A stretch of DNA of 64,000 nt, from positions 12,338,001 through 12,402,000 of the forward strand of contig JBHGNT010000014.1 in NCBI GenBank assembly GCA_043228905.1. Reading direction: 5' to 3'. Position 1 is the first letter of the stretch. Each line of letters starts with the position of its first letter. The notes beneath the pieces are model-generated. The model had not been told where the DNA came from. It did not search any database and saw only the letters and a program-made list of their open reading frames with translations. This DNA comes from Azolla caroliniana. Its lineage: Eukaryota > Plantae > Polypodiophyta. A program made the translations under genes and the position numbers. Below are positions 24,005 through 37,074 of the stretch, piece by piece.

Positions 24005-27000
24005 GAACAAGCTCAACCGGATCCGGATCGGTATACGAAAGTTCTTGTTAGTACTTTTGTCAGTTCTTGTATAAAAGTGCTCACTAAGCACATCCTATTT
24101 ACATAGTGTTATTAATTTGAATTGAGTTTATGCTTTCTGCTCAGTTTGTCTCTCCGATGTATTCTCTATTCTTTAGCTTCCATTAAAACTTCTTTCTCTG
24201 TTTTATTGTTGTTACCCGACTGGTCCGGTTTGTCTCTCAAGACAAACCCTAACCATTGGTAAAAGAATAGACCGAAAAAAGAAGGTATGGACAAAAGAAT
24301 GGCGAACTTGCTTCCAATAGAAAAGCTCGATTGGAGCAACTATGCGTCCTGGTCATATAAAATGCACCAATACTTGTTGGGGCATGGATACTGGAGCTAC
24401 GTGAAAGGAGCAAATGAAGCAGCGTCGGATTCGGCACACAAGGACTTCTCGGTTTGGGAACAAGGAGCGAGCAGGGTGTTGTACTGCCTCCCATCATATG
24501 TGCATGACCAGATGCTTGGCTACATCATAGATGCAAAATCACCAAAGGAGGCCTAGGAAAATCTCTGGAAGATTTTCACTGCAAGTACCACAACCCGAAA
24601 GTTGTAGCTCTTGCAAGAGCTCAACAACATTCGGAAAAGGGAAGTGTCGATCACCGACTACACCACCAAGATCAAGGAGATCTGCTACACGCTCAGTTCC
24701 ATCAATGTGACAATGGACAAGGATGAGATGGTCCATATCTGCCTCGGTGGTCTAGCACAACGGTACGGGCCAATCCGGAAGGCAATTTGCATCTGGGAGA
24801 AACCATCGTCCTTCTTCGACTTGAAATCGATGCCCATGGTCGAAGAAAACCACGCGAGTGGGTCAAGGACCACTCAATCGGACAACCGGATGTTGTACAC
24901 GGAGGCGGATCGGCCCCATGGGTGTGGAGGATGAGGTTTATCGGCAAGCAATGCAAGTGGCCGACAAGAGCAGAATCAGAGGCACAAAGATAGTGTTGAC
25001 AGCAGTTCCGGATCCGCCACAACCAGGGGGAGTCAAAGCAGCGCTGAAAATCGGCAATCAAAAGACGATACAAAATGTTGGTATTGTGGCAAGAAAGGCC
25101 ACCGAGAGAGCGAGTGCTGGAAGAAGCGCGCCGATTCGGACAGATCTAGATCCGGTAAGACCAGAAAAGGGAACCGTCAAAGCTCGCACTATGCTGAAGG
25201 ATCGGAAGGATCAAGAACCGGGAAGACCGAAAAAGGGCCAACCTTTGTGATGAGGCACAAGGCTAACTCGATGAAGAAGATCACTTCAAAATCGGACGAA
25301 GTGTGGTATGTCGACACCGGAGCTTCTAACCATATGAAGAGCCACGAAGAGTGGTTCTCGTTTTTGGAAAAGCCAGAGCAACCGGTAGTTGTCGAAACCG
25401 GAGACAACACTCCTCAACCGATCTTGCATGTCAGAGAAGTTCCCTTGAGTCATGTCGGACAAAAAGGGAAGCTTATGAACGTGCTTCACGTCCCGACAAT
25501 CACAAAGAACTTGGTATCGGTCGGGCCTATCGTCGACCAGGGGATGCAAGTGCGGTTTACGCACCTTGGGTGCTTCATCGAGGAAGAAGGTCAAATAATT
25601 GCGCAAGGGCGCCATGATGGGAGGATGTTCATCCCCAACACCAACGACATCGGCATCGCTATATTTGCAAAAGGAAAAAATATCATATCGGACATCGATC
25701 TCTAGCACAAGAGGATCGGCCACGTCAACTACCAGAGAGGCTTCAAGCCCTGCAATCGAAACAAGTTGCTTTCGGATTGCCAAAATTCAATGGCCGGAAG
25801 GCCCAAATATGTGAAGCCTGCCAACTCAGGAAGCAACACCGGTTTCCATTCCCCACCGAAAGAAACCGGAGCCTCCACAAGCTCGATCTAATACATTCGG
25901 ATGTATGGGAACCGACATAGAACGCTAGTCTTGGTGGGAGCCGATATTTCGTCTCCTTCATCGATGACTACAGCCAACTCACGTGGATCTACCTCATCGA
26001 GAAGAAAAGCGAAGTCTTCGATTGTTTCCAGAACCTGCAAAGTCTCATCGAACAGGAAACAAAGAGGAAGATTAAGTGCATGTGGTCGAATGGGGGAAAA
26101 GAATATTTTTCCAGCCAATTCAACAGTTATCTGCAACAAATGGGAATTTGGAGAGAATTCAGTTGCAAATACGCACCAGAACAAAATGGTGAGGCCGAAA
26201 GAAAGAACCGGTCAATTGTGGAGGTGACACGAGCAATGTTGGAAGAGAAAACCATGCCCAAGTTCCACTGGGCCAAAGCGGAATGGACGACCGTCTACAT
26301 CGAAAACCGAATCGGGGATAAGGTGTCAGCACATGAGTTGTATTTTGGGCGGAAGCCAAATTTAAGGCACCTTAGGATATTCGGTAGCATAGCATATGTG
26401 CATGTAGCGGATGAGAAGCGGAGAAAGTTGGACCCAAAGTCGGAGAAGTGCATCCTAGTCAGCTACTCACATGAGAAAAAGGGTTGTAAGTGCTATAACC
26501 CCCGAACAAAACAAGTTCGAGTGAGCCGAGATGTGGAATTTGATGAGTCGGCATCATGGTACTCTCTCTTGACCCCGATGTCCGACTTTGATCCGATTCC
26601 AGAGGATGAGGCCAGTGAGCCCGAAACGATTCGGGTAGAAGATGACGAAGGATTCAGTACTCTAGATGAGAGTCTGATCTCCTTTTGACTGAGTGGGCCG
26701 AATGAAGTGCTTAGTCCGAAGGACCACCAAGATGATGAGCCGACGAGCAGCGACGACTCGACTGTGCTCTCCCAGCGTAAGGAACCGGGAAGGCGGTTCA
26801 CACGCAAGGAAAAGGGGAAGAAGAAGATGCTGAAATACGCCACTGGCAGAGACGAGTCAGATCAGAGCGAATCCGACTTCGGACGGAACGAAGATAAACC
26901 TTCGGAAATGAAGTCCAAGTCGGCCAAGAGGGCCTTGCGATCGGCGAACGCGAAGTTATGCCGATGACCCGCCATAGGAACCCCATCAAAAGGTATAGAT

Positions 27001-27063
27001 ATAATGAGTACATGGCGCATCACTATGCGTATATGACGAAAGTGGCGGTAGTGTGTGAGCTGG
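24005..27063 (+). mobile_element. Degenerate Ty1/Copia element E (LTR remnant, gag, PR, INT); resumes briefly at 34434-34472
   Basis: KLDWSNYASWSYKMHQYLLG, WYVDTGASNHM, PEQNGEAERKNR. Reading EPE..YVEAEKDAN continues after the nested insertions. Confidence 0.85.
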
Positions 27064-28557
27064 TGTCGTGTGAATCTTCACACACTATGTAAAAAAATAA
27101 TGAAATAATTATTATAGATTAGATTAGTAGCTTACTATAGAAATATGGATATACTCAAGAGCTTCAAAACGTTTTTTACTATATACAAAATGGAGAAATA
27201 CATATCAAGTTATGTGAAAATAAACTTTGAGAAGATAGGGAAATTAGAACTATCCCACATAGATAGGAAAGTGAAAATAAAGTTTAAGAAGATAGGGAAA
27301 TTAGAACTATCCCATATAGATAGGAAAGTTAAGGCCTTGGCTATATAAGCACCTTGAGCTCCCTCATTTTTCATTTGTGCTAAGAGCACTTTGGCCACTT
27401 TGTCTTGATGGATGATGGTGGCCAAATTCCCTAAAATCGGAAACTGACCGGTAAACAAATCCGGAAACCGGTCCGGTAAGCAAATCCAGAAACCGGCCGG
27501 TATGCAAACCGGAAACAGGCCGGTAAGCAAAACCGGAACCGGAACCGGCAAACAAATTGGAACCAGAAACTGACCAGTATGCAAACCGGAACCGGAACCG
27601 GCCGACAAGCAAAACTGGAACCGGAACTGGAACCGGCTGGCAAGCAAAACCGGAATCCGGAAACTGGTTGGTAAGCAAAACCAGAAATTGGCCGGTAAGC
27701 AAAACCGCAACCGCAACCGGCAAGCAAACTGGAACTGGAATCGGTCGGCAAGCAAAATCGGAACCGGTCGGCAAGCAAAATGGAACCGGCCGACGAGGGA
27801 TTCGGTGATCGGGCGGAACTGGCTACCAGACGAGGTTGGACGCGGACGAACGGAAGATTGGATCATGCAACAAACTAAAGTAAAGTGAAGAGAACTAAAG
27901 TAAAGGCCATGTGGACGCAAGCAACTAAAGTTGGAGTGCATGCAAAAAGTAAAGGTCATGTGGACGGTCACATGCAACTAAACGAAAAAGTCATGCAACT
28001 AAAAATAGATGCAACTAAAAGAAAAAGCTAAACAACTAAAAGTAGAGGCCATGCAACAAAAAGTGGACATGCAGATGATCAAGGGGGAACTCCATATAAA
28101 ATTCCATTTTTTTTCCTACACTCAGGCTCTCTATATATATTATATTGTTTTTCTTTTCCTTCGGAGCTCCCCTATCTTATCGAAGCCATATCTCTCAAGT
28201 AAAACCCTAATTTCCTTACGAAAGCCATATCTTACTCATAACCCTAAATTTCCATACGGAAGCTATTCAACTCATAAAACCATAATCTCTTATCAAAGCC
28301 AAAAACCCTAATTTTCTATAGAATTTATATCTTAATTTCCTCTAATCTATTACTCTAGCCCTCTACATTAGCAAACTTTTTGTAATCCCAATCTTGGGAT
28401 TAATTGTAATCTTTCTTTCTACTTGTTAATGAAATTTGTTAATCTTTCTCATTTCGGTTAATTCTTAGTATATAAATACACGAATTTGATATCTTCTAGT
28501 CAAAGGCCCCGGGGTCTTGCCTTAACGTTCACGTATCCTCGTCGTATTTTCGCGACA
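27064..28557 (+). mobile_element. Gypsy-family solo LTR with internal tandem arrays
   Basis: Termini TGTCGTG...CGCGACA, flanked by CTGG / CCGG. TATA-like motif near 28130. Confidence 0.75.
27437..27800. repeat. AACCGG / GCAAAACCGG-rich imperfect tandem array
   Basis: Repeated CAAGCAAAACCGGAACCGG units. Confidence 0.85.
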
Positions 28558-28563
28558 CCGGAG

Positions 28564-31500
28564 TGTTGAGCAGCAAGCTCAACCGGATCCGGATTGACAT
28601 TCGAAAGGATGAAGCCGGATCGGCGAGTCGGTGACCAAGCGTGCCGGTGAGCTGGGGAGCCGGTTAGCTGGATCAAATAGTAACCGGAAGCCTAGTAGTA
28701 GCCTAGACTACTAGGTAGTTAATAGTCTCGTAGTTAGTGTTAGACGCTCGAGTGAGCATTGAAGTACACCGTACTTCTGGTAGTCCTCTCAAGACTTGTA
28801 TAAATAGTGCTATTGAGAACATTGTATATACAGAGAACTATTATTGTTTTGCAATAGAATATTTAACGTTCTGCTCTCTCTCTATCTCTCTCTCTTTGTC
28901 TCTCCCGCGTACACTCTGTGTGTTAATCTATCTCTCTCTCTATTGCTATCCACGAGGCTGGTTTTGTCTAACGCTTTCGCACATAATCTTTTTCATGGTA
29001 TCAGAGCGCGAGGGTTGAGAACCTCTGTAGCCGACATCAGCATCTGAAGACAAACCCTAAGACCCGGTAAGAACACAAAGAGAAGTGATGGATAGAGGAA
29101 TGGCTAGCTCACTCCCGGTGGAGAAGCTCGACAAATCCAACTACGCATCTTGGTCATACAAGATGCACCAATACCTGCTTGGGCATGGTTACTGGAGCTA
29201 TGTCGATGCAGCTAATGACACAACACCTGATGCGGCACACAAGGACTTCCCAGTGTGGGAACAAGCGGCAAGCAGAGTGATATACTGCTTTGCGTCTAGT
29301 GTCGGAGACAAGCTGCTGAGCCATGTCCGAGATGCCAAGACGCCAAAGGAAGTTTGGGGAAACCTGAAGAAGGTTTTCGTGGCAAGTACTATGGCCCGGA
29401 AGTTGCAACTCCAACAGGAGTTGAGCAATGTCTGACAGAAGGACATGTCGGTAGCCAATTACACAGCCCGAATCAAAGAGATCTGTGACTCACTTGCTTC
29501 TATCAACGTCACTGTAGAGGAAGATGAGATGGTGCAGATCTGTCTTGCGGACCTAGTGTCCAAGTTCAGAGCGTTCCTAACGGCGGTATGCACAAGGGAG
29601 AATACGCCGTCATTTTTTGACTTACAGTCGATGCTCCTTGTAGAGGAGAACCACGCCGGTGCATCAACAAGTGCACCCATCGACAACTGGATGCTGTACA
29701 CGGAGGCGGAAAGGCCCCGTGGGCATGGTGGACGAGGCGAGTCGGCTCACAATGGTAGCGGCCGGCAAGAGCAGGACCGAAGACACAGAGAACGTGTCGA
29801 TAGCAGTTCCAGACCCTTCACAAGTAGGGGGAGTCAAGGCGGTGCCGGAGGCCACCAAGCAAAGGCCGACAAGGAATGTTGGTACTATGGTAAAAAGGGC
29901 CATAGAGAAAGTGAGTGCTGGAAGAAGGGTGCCGATTCGGACAGATCCGGCAATACTCACACTACGCAGAAGGATTGGGAGGATCCAAAACTGAAGAAGC
30001 TGGTAAAGGGCCAGCCTGGGTGATGAAACATGAGGCTAACTCGATGAAGAAGACCACTTCCAAATCGGAGGAAGTGTGGTACGTTGATTCCGGTGCGTCG
30101 AATCACATGATGAGCCACGAAGAGTGCTTCTCTTTCTTAGAGAAACCGGAACAACCAGGAGTTGTTGAAACCAGAGACGACACTCCACACCTAATCGTGC
30201 ATGTCGGAGAAGTCCCTTTGAGCCATGTCGAATAGAGGAGGAAGCTAATGAACGTATTACACATTCCGACTATCATGAAGAACCTGGTGTCAGTTGGACA
30301 AATTGTCGACCAGGCGATGCAGGTGCGGTTTACGCACCTCGGGTGCTTCATTGAGGAAGAGGGCCAAATCATTGCGCAAGGGCGCAGAGACGGGAGGATG
30401 TTTATCCTCGACACCAATGACATCAGCACTGCTTTGTTCGCCAAAGGACAAAAGATTGAATTGGATATTGATCTCTGGCACAAGCGGATCGGCCACGTCA
30501 ATTACTGGAGGCTTCAAGACTTGCAAACGAAACAAGTTGTTTTCGGTTTGCCGAAGTTTAGTGGCCGGAAGGCCCAAGTATGTGAAGCTTGCCAACTTGG
30601 GAAGCAACACCGGCTTCCATTCCCCACTGAACGAAACCGTAGCCGTAACAAGCTCGATCTTATTCATTCGGATGTGTGGAGACCGACACAGAACATGAGT
30701 CTTGGCGGAAGTCGATATTTCGTCTCCTTCATCGACGACTATAGCCGGCACACGTGGATCTACCTCATCGAGCGGAAGAGTGAAGTCTTCGAGTGTTTCC
30801 GGAACCTCTGAAGTTTGGTTGAATGGGAAACGGAGAGGAGGATCAAGTGCCTACGGTCGGATGGCGGAAAAGAATATTTTTCCGGCCAATTCAACACACC
30901 GGAATTCAGCGAGAGTTCAGTTGCAGATACACACCGGAACAGAACGATGTAGCCGAGATGAAGAACCGGCTGATTATCGACACGGCAAGGGCGATGCTGG
31001 AGGAGAAGAGCATGCCCAAATTCTACTGGGTTGGGGCGGTCCGAACGGCCGTCTATATCCAAAACCGGATTGGTGACAAGGTGTCTACGCATGAGTTGTA
31101 TTTCGGGTGCAAGCCGAATTTGAGACATCTTCGGATATTCGGTAGCATTGCATATGTGCATGTGCCGGATGAGAAGCGGAGGAAGCTGGATGCAAACTTG
31201 GAGAAATGCATCCTGGTCGGTTACTCACATGAGCAAAAGGGGTATAAGTGTTATAGCCCCCGGACGAAGCAGATCTGAGTTAGCCGGGATGTTGAGTTTG
31301 ATGAGACGGCATCATGGTATGCCTTACCGGCTCCGACCTTCGACAACGACCCGATACCGGAGGATGAGGCTAGTGAGCATGAACCGGTCCAGTTAGAAGA
31401 TGAAGGGTTCGAGACTCTAGATGAGAGTCCGGAATCGTTTCGGTTGAGTGGGTTGAATGAGCGACTGGGTCTGATAGACCAGTTGGATGATGAACTGACC

Positions 31501-34428
31501 AGTAGTAGAGACTATACCGTGCTCTCCCCGCGCAAGGAACCGAGGAGACGGTTCACGCGCAAGGAGAAGGGGAAGAAGAAGATGCCCGAACACGAGCCCA
31601 ACAATGGTGACTAAGATTGGAGTGGATCCGACTCCAGTAAGGAAGAAGGCGGATCTTCGGGAACGAAGACCGAACCGGCCAAGAAGGGCCCCAAACCGGG
31701 TAACAACAAGTTACGCCGGTCTTCGCGCTAGAAGAACCCCGTGAAGCGGTACGGGTACAATGAGTACATGGCGCATCACTATGCATATATGACCAGGTGG
31801 CGGAAGTGCGTAAGTAGGAGAGCTACGCAGAAGCAGCAAAGGACGCAAATTGGCATGCCGCTATGGGGGAAGAAATGCGGGCACTTGATGCCAACGATAC
31901 ATGGGATGTAGTTAACCCTCCCCGACACTATAAACCGATCAGTTGTAAGTGGGTGTACAAGGTAAAGTACAATGCTTACGGTTTAGTTAACCGGTACAAC
32001 GCCCGGTTAGTGGGGAAGAGATACGCGCAGACCCACGTAATCAACTACGACGAGACCTTCGCTCCAGTAACGAAGATGACGACAGTTCGTGTGGTGCTGG
32101 CGGTTGGTGCGGCAAGGGGGTGGCATCTTCACCAGATGGATGTGAAGAATGCATTTCTTCAAGGCGACCTTGAAGAAAAGGTCCTTATGATCCAACCCCT
32201 CATTTTCCAGTTGGAGATGAACAAGTCGGTTGTATGCTAGTTGAAGAAGTCACTTTATGGCCTGAAGCAAGCCCCCCGAGCTTGGAATGTGAAGATCATG
32301 CACCGGTTGTGTAAGATGGGGTTTGCCGCCTCCAAGTCCGACTCTTCATTGTTCATCCGGCAAGGTCTAGACGGTTTGGTTTGCATCTTGTTGTATGTTG
32401 ATGATCTAGTCATCACCGGACCCAGACTCGATGAAATCAGTCGAGTCAAGTCCTAGCTGTCGGGCGCATGTGAGATGAAGGACCTGGGGGACCTTCCCTA
32501 TTTCCTTGGGATCGAGGTGATCTGAACCCCCGACAACATATTTCTCTCGTAAAGACACTATGTGTTGAATATGTTGTACAAGTTCGGCATGACAGAATGC
32601 CGACCGATCTCCACACCCCTGGACTGGAACCAGAAGCTCCGTCCCAACTCCGGACTGACATGCGATGAGAAATGGTTCCAAAAAATCGTTGGAAGCCTTA
32701 TATACTTGACAATCAGCCGACCCGACATCAGTCATCCGGTCGGACTGATGAGCTAATTCATGCAGAAGCCAACCGTGGAACACCTTCAGTGCGTGCATCG
32801 GATATTGTGATATGTGAGCGGTACGAAGGACCGGGGATTGTTATACCGGCATGGTATAATCGAAGAGCTTGTCGGCTACACCGATGCCGACTGGGCCAGT
32901 GATGCATTGGATCGCCGATCCACCTCCGGCTATATGTTTTCCCTTGGTAGCGCGACTGTTGCGTGGAGCAGCAAAAAGCAACCAACAATGGCCCTTTAGA
33001 GCACTGAGGCTAAATACTGGGGCGCTACCGTTGCTACCTGTGAAGCCATTTGGCTTCGGCGACTGGTGGAAGACCTGCGGATCGAGGTGCCGACCCCGAT
33101 CTTGATTTACGACGACAACATAAGCAACATGCAGCTCGCCAAGAACCCTGTATTCCATGCTCGCACAAAGCACATAGAAGTGCACTACCACTTCGTGCGT
33201 GAGCGCGTCCTAAGCGGTGGAGTCGAACTTTGGTATGCTCATACGGTTCGGCAAGTTGCCGACATCTTCACCAAACCGCTCGGATCGGACAAGTTGCAGC
33301 ACTTCACCGAAATGCTTGGTTTTTAGCATCTCGACGTGCCACACTTGAGGGGGAGAATGGGCAAAGACACTGGAACGGGCAAAGGAAAAAAAATTGCCGA
33401 TTGCTCTGGTGAGGGAAGAACCGATAAAGGGAGAGACAAGCAGAAGAAAGGAGCCGAGTCGACAAAGGAAGTTGACACATCCAAACAAGTTGGAACAAGC
33501 GGCAGCGATGGTAGAGTCGAGAAGGACAAAGCTGACCGAAAGAAGAAGGCCAAGACCTGGACATGGTCCGATGTGGTGAAGGGCCTGGAACCGGAAGACG
33601 AATTGGGAGCGACCGATTCGGATAAGAGCTAGAACGAGTCGGAGACAACCGACTCAGTGCAATAGACGGATTCGGAAGAACCTGATCAATTCAAGGCCAA
33701 GAGGACGAGAAGGCAACGAAAGTCGATGCCAACACAAAGGAATCGGTGAATCGGCAAGCACCGAAGTCACAGCAACGAGGGAGCTGAATTGGGCCTGTTG
33801 AGCAAACAAGCCGACCGAGGAGGTCGAGGTACGCAGAATCAGAAGGGTCGCAGAAAACAAGATCGGACCGGACGAGGAGCGCGATTGACGCGGAGTGATG
33901 CCAGAAGGAGTGGGTGGAAGGACCGGTTTCCATGGAGACTAACACTACGATCCGACCTCAAGTTGAGCTTGAGGGGGAGTGTTGAGCGGCAAGCTCAACC
34001 GGATCCGGATCGGTTGAATAAGCTTGAGCTGGATCGGCATCCAGAAGGATGAAGCCGGATCGGTGAGACGGATCGGCAAGCTGGAGTGCTGGGGAGCCGG
34101 TTAGCTGGATCAAATAGTAATCGGAAGCGTAGTAGTAGCCTAGACTACTAGGTAGTTAATAGTCTCGTAGTTAGTGTCAGACGCTCAAGTGAGCATTGAA
34201 GTACACCGTACTTCTGTTAGTCCTCTCAGGACTTGTATAAATAGTGTTGTTGAGCATGTTGTATATATAGAGAACTATTATTGTTTTGCAATAGAATATT
34301 TAATGTTCTGCTCTCTCTCTCTCTCTCTCTCTGTCTCTCCTGCGTACACTCTGTGTGTTAATCTATCTCTCTCTCTGTTGCTATCCGCGAGGCTGGTTTT
34401 GTCCGACTCTTCCACATAATCTTTTTCA
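28564..34428 (+). mobile_element. Full-length degenerate Ty1/Copia element F; LTRs 28564-28995 and 33980-34428
   Basis: Met-i PBS TGGTATCAGAGC 28996-29007. Order gag-PR-INT-RT-RH, PPT before 33980, TSD CGGAG/TGGAG. Many premature stops. Confidence 0.93.
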
Positions 34429-34999
34429 TGGAGAGATACGTAGAAGCGGAGAAGGACGCAAATCGACATGCCACGTCGGCGTAGAACACGACACAAGTGA
34501 ATGGGGTAGATCGAGCTACCAAATCACTCTAATACCATGTAAAAAATAGGATATGTGGCAGCAAAAGAGATGTGTGTTATGTGTGCATGTGTGTATGTGT
34601 GTAAGAGAGAGGAGAGGAGAGAAACACAAGTTAGATTAGATAGAATGAAAAAAAAAGATTTACTCAAGAAGAAGATGTATATTAACAAGGAATATGAGAT
34701 ACAAAAATATAGCATTACAAGGGAGGACAACCGACCCTCTATGAAGTAGGAAGGGAGCTTTATATAAGGTCACCCTCTCTCTTCATTAACTAACTACAAC
34801 AACCACTCTCTCTTGGGGAATGTGGAGTCTCATTAGTCATGGGGAATATGAAACTCATTAGTTATGTGTCATAGTATATGATTCTATGACACATAGTTAA
34901 TGTGTAGAGAGTAGTTCTATGACTCTTGACCTTTGAGTAATCATAGATTCTCAAAAGGTATGTTCACAGACAAGGCTAGGTTGAGCTTGATTCTCAACA

Positions 35000-35423
35000 A
35001 GAATTTATGTTCTTGGGGTTTCTCTTGGTTGTGTCGGTTTTGGCTGAATCGGCCTCTTCTTCCACGACCTTGTCCTCTTCCTCCATCGAAGTTCGAATAG
35101 AGCATTTGTCCTTCTTACGCATTGCTTCTTCTTCGAACATGTTTATTCTCAAACAATAGCATCGACTAGAGATCGAAGGAGGGAGGATTCTCCCTCGCGA
35201 GGACTGCCGACCGAATGGCTCCGAACTGAGGTGTTAAGCCTTCGAGGCAAATCTGCACCATTTCATTGTCGTTAATGCTAACATTGATTGACCCAAGGGC
35301 ATTGCAGAACTCCTTGACCTTCAAGGTATAACTGCCGATTGACATGTCCCTCTGTTGTATACCGTTCAAATCTTGGCGGAGTTGAAGCTTTCTTGCGGTC
35401 ATGTTGGCCGCGAAGATCTTCAT
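35000..35423 (-). pseudogene. Copia gag fragment
   Basis: ARKLQLRQDLN..EMVQICLEGL..RENPPSFDL, homologous to the gag of E, F and G. Confidence 0.75.
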
Positions 35424-37040
35424 GAGGTTTTACGTGATCAGCCAGAACAGCCATGAAACCGTCTCAGAATTTGTTATTCATTTCCAAAGTCTTCGGCTCC
35501 AGTTGACACCGCAGCCCCCGACAAACAAGGTCAAGGAGACCCTTTCAGCGACCCGTCACAAGCCCCTGCGAACAACCCTAACATTGGTTGATTTCACCGG
35601 GCAAACACTTGACAACGTCATTGATCGTGTCCTTCGCTTGGATAGTGCACAGACGAACGGTTCCATGAGGCCATCCAATGCACTGCATGTCTCAACCCGG
35701 GGCACTCTCGGGCACATACCGTAGAACAATGTGAATATAACCTCCTAAATCGGCCCATGGCACAGGTTCGGCGTATCGAACCACAAAACCTCGAACGATA
35801 GTCGGATGATCGATTTCGACAAGACGATCGATATAAGGATCAGGAGTGTCCCCGCTATAATGAACGACCCCGATAAGAAACATATCGGTATTGGGAAGAC
35901 CACGATCGCCAAGAAGACAACTATCGACACGAGGATTGCTATGATAATGGGCACTAAACCCGTTATGACAGTAGGCGACCTATGAACGACAAGGGTGGTC
36001 AAGTTGAACTTAGAAACCATGAAGGTGATCGGCAACCCCGAATTCTTGACCAATAGACGACAACCCTGATGACGAACAACGAAGGCCACCATGTAACAAC
36101 TGTCACGATAATCGTTGAAAGCCCCGTTATATGTGCCAATACCAATATAAACTGCGACCCTGGGATGAACCTGAACGGAAATTGGAGATAGTCGTTGTAC
36201 TGGCAATCGAAAGAGGCATATCGAGCATACATTGTTTTAATTGCCAACAACCGAGGCATTACGCAAGGGGCCAACTGGTCAAGCCAAGACATCAAAATGG
36301 GAGGTTTAGGATGAAATCCGGAAGGCGGCGAAGGTATGGGTCGAAAAAGAGAATGATGTGAATGTCAACCGAATGAGGCAAGAGAGCATAATCGTCGCGG
36401 CTGCTCTACCAGCTCTGATTGATATTGCAACAACGCATGAGGACCCCATTTGGCAGGCCCTTGTGGTCTGCCAAATCATGATGTTCATGCACAAATTGCT
36501 AAACCTAGTCCTGCGGTTTAGAGAGTCAGTGGAAACCAGAATAGTTAAGGAGGACCCAGAAGCCATTGTGACACACTTCACTAAGTCCACTACAGGGCCG
36601 ACGATTGTGGACCATCGTAAAGCTCATCGTCAAGGGGGAAGAATTATCAGGCTGCATAATTGATGGTGGGTTGAGGGTAAACGTCATAAGTAAAGATACC
36701 TGTAAGGGTTTGGGGATCTCAACTTGGCAAGCTTGCCCATTTTGGCTCCTCATGGCTAACACCCTATCAGTTCGGCCTTTGGGATTGCTGTCAAAACTAG
36801 GAATCGTGGTAGGTGGCCATGCTTTCAAAATTTCGGCGGTGTTCCTACCATAGGACACATCAGGAGTGTACCCCCTGCTATTAGGATGACCATGGTTGCG
36901 CTCAACGAATATCAAACAAAATTGGAAACATAATCAGATTAGCTTTCGTTGGGGCCAAACCAAAATTCGGGTGCCGACCCAAGAGAGGGTACCAGCAGCA
37001 AAAGAGTTGACCCTGCTATTTTCCGCCAAAGATGGACTAG
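35424..37040 (+). pseudogene. Old Gypsy gag/aspartic protease relic (continues at ~43700-43880 and ~44905-45180)
   Basis: ETVSEFVIHFQ gag-like segment, zinc-knuckle relic HCFNCQQPRHY, protease IIDGGLRVNVI. Confidence 0.65.
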
Positions 37041-37074
37041 TGAGAAACGAGGCAGGAATTAAGGCAGACTAGTG

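Larger units (their letters stand above)
19997..34999 (-). mobile_element. Degenerate Ty1/Copia element D, hosting nested copies; LTRs ~19997-20405 and 34538-34999
   Basis: The two LTRs match. PPT at ~20406-20420. RH/RT/INT/PR/zinc-knuckle relics at 20560-23890 (YVDD, WHKRIGH, CKYCGKIGH). Degenerate Met PBS at 34527-34537. Confidence 0.75.

Noticed and set aside
27210-27977. Long ORFs on both strands
   Set aside because: They are translations of the AACCGG tandem array, with no domain signal.
24280-33330. Frequent in-frame TAG/TGA as programmed readthrough
   Set aside because: They map to CAG/CGA/TGG codons of sister copies, which is ordinary methyl-C deamination.
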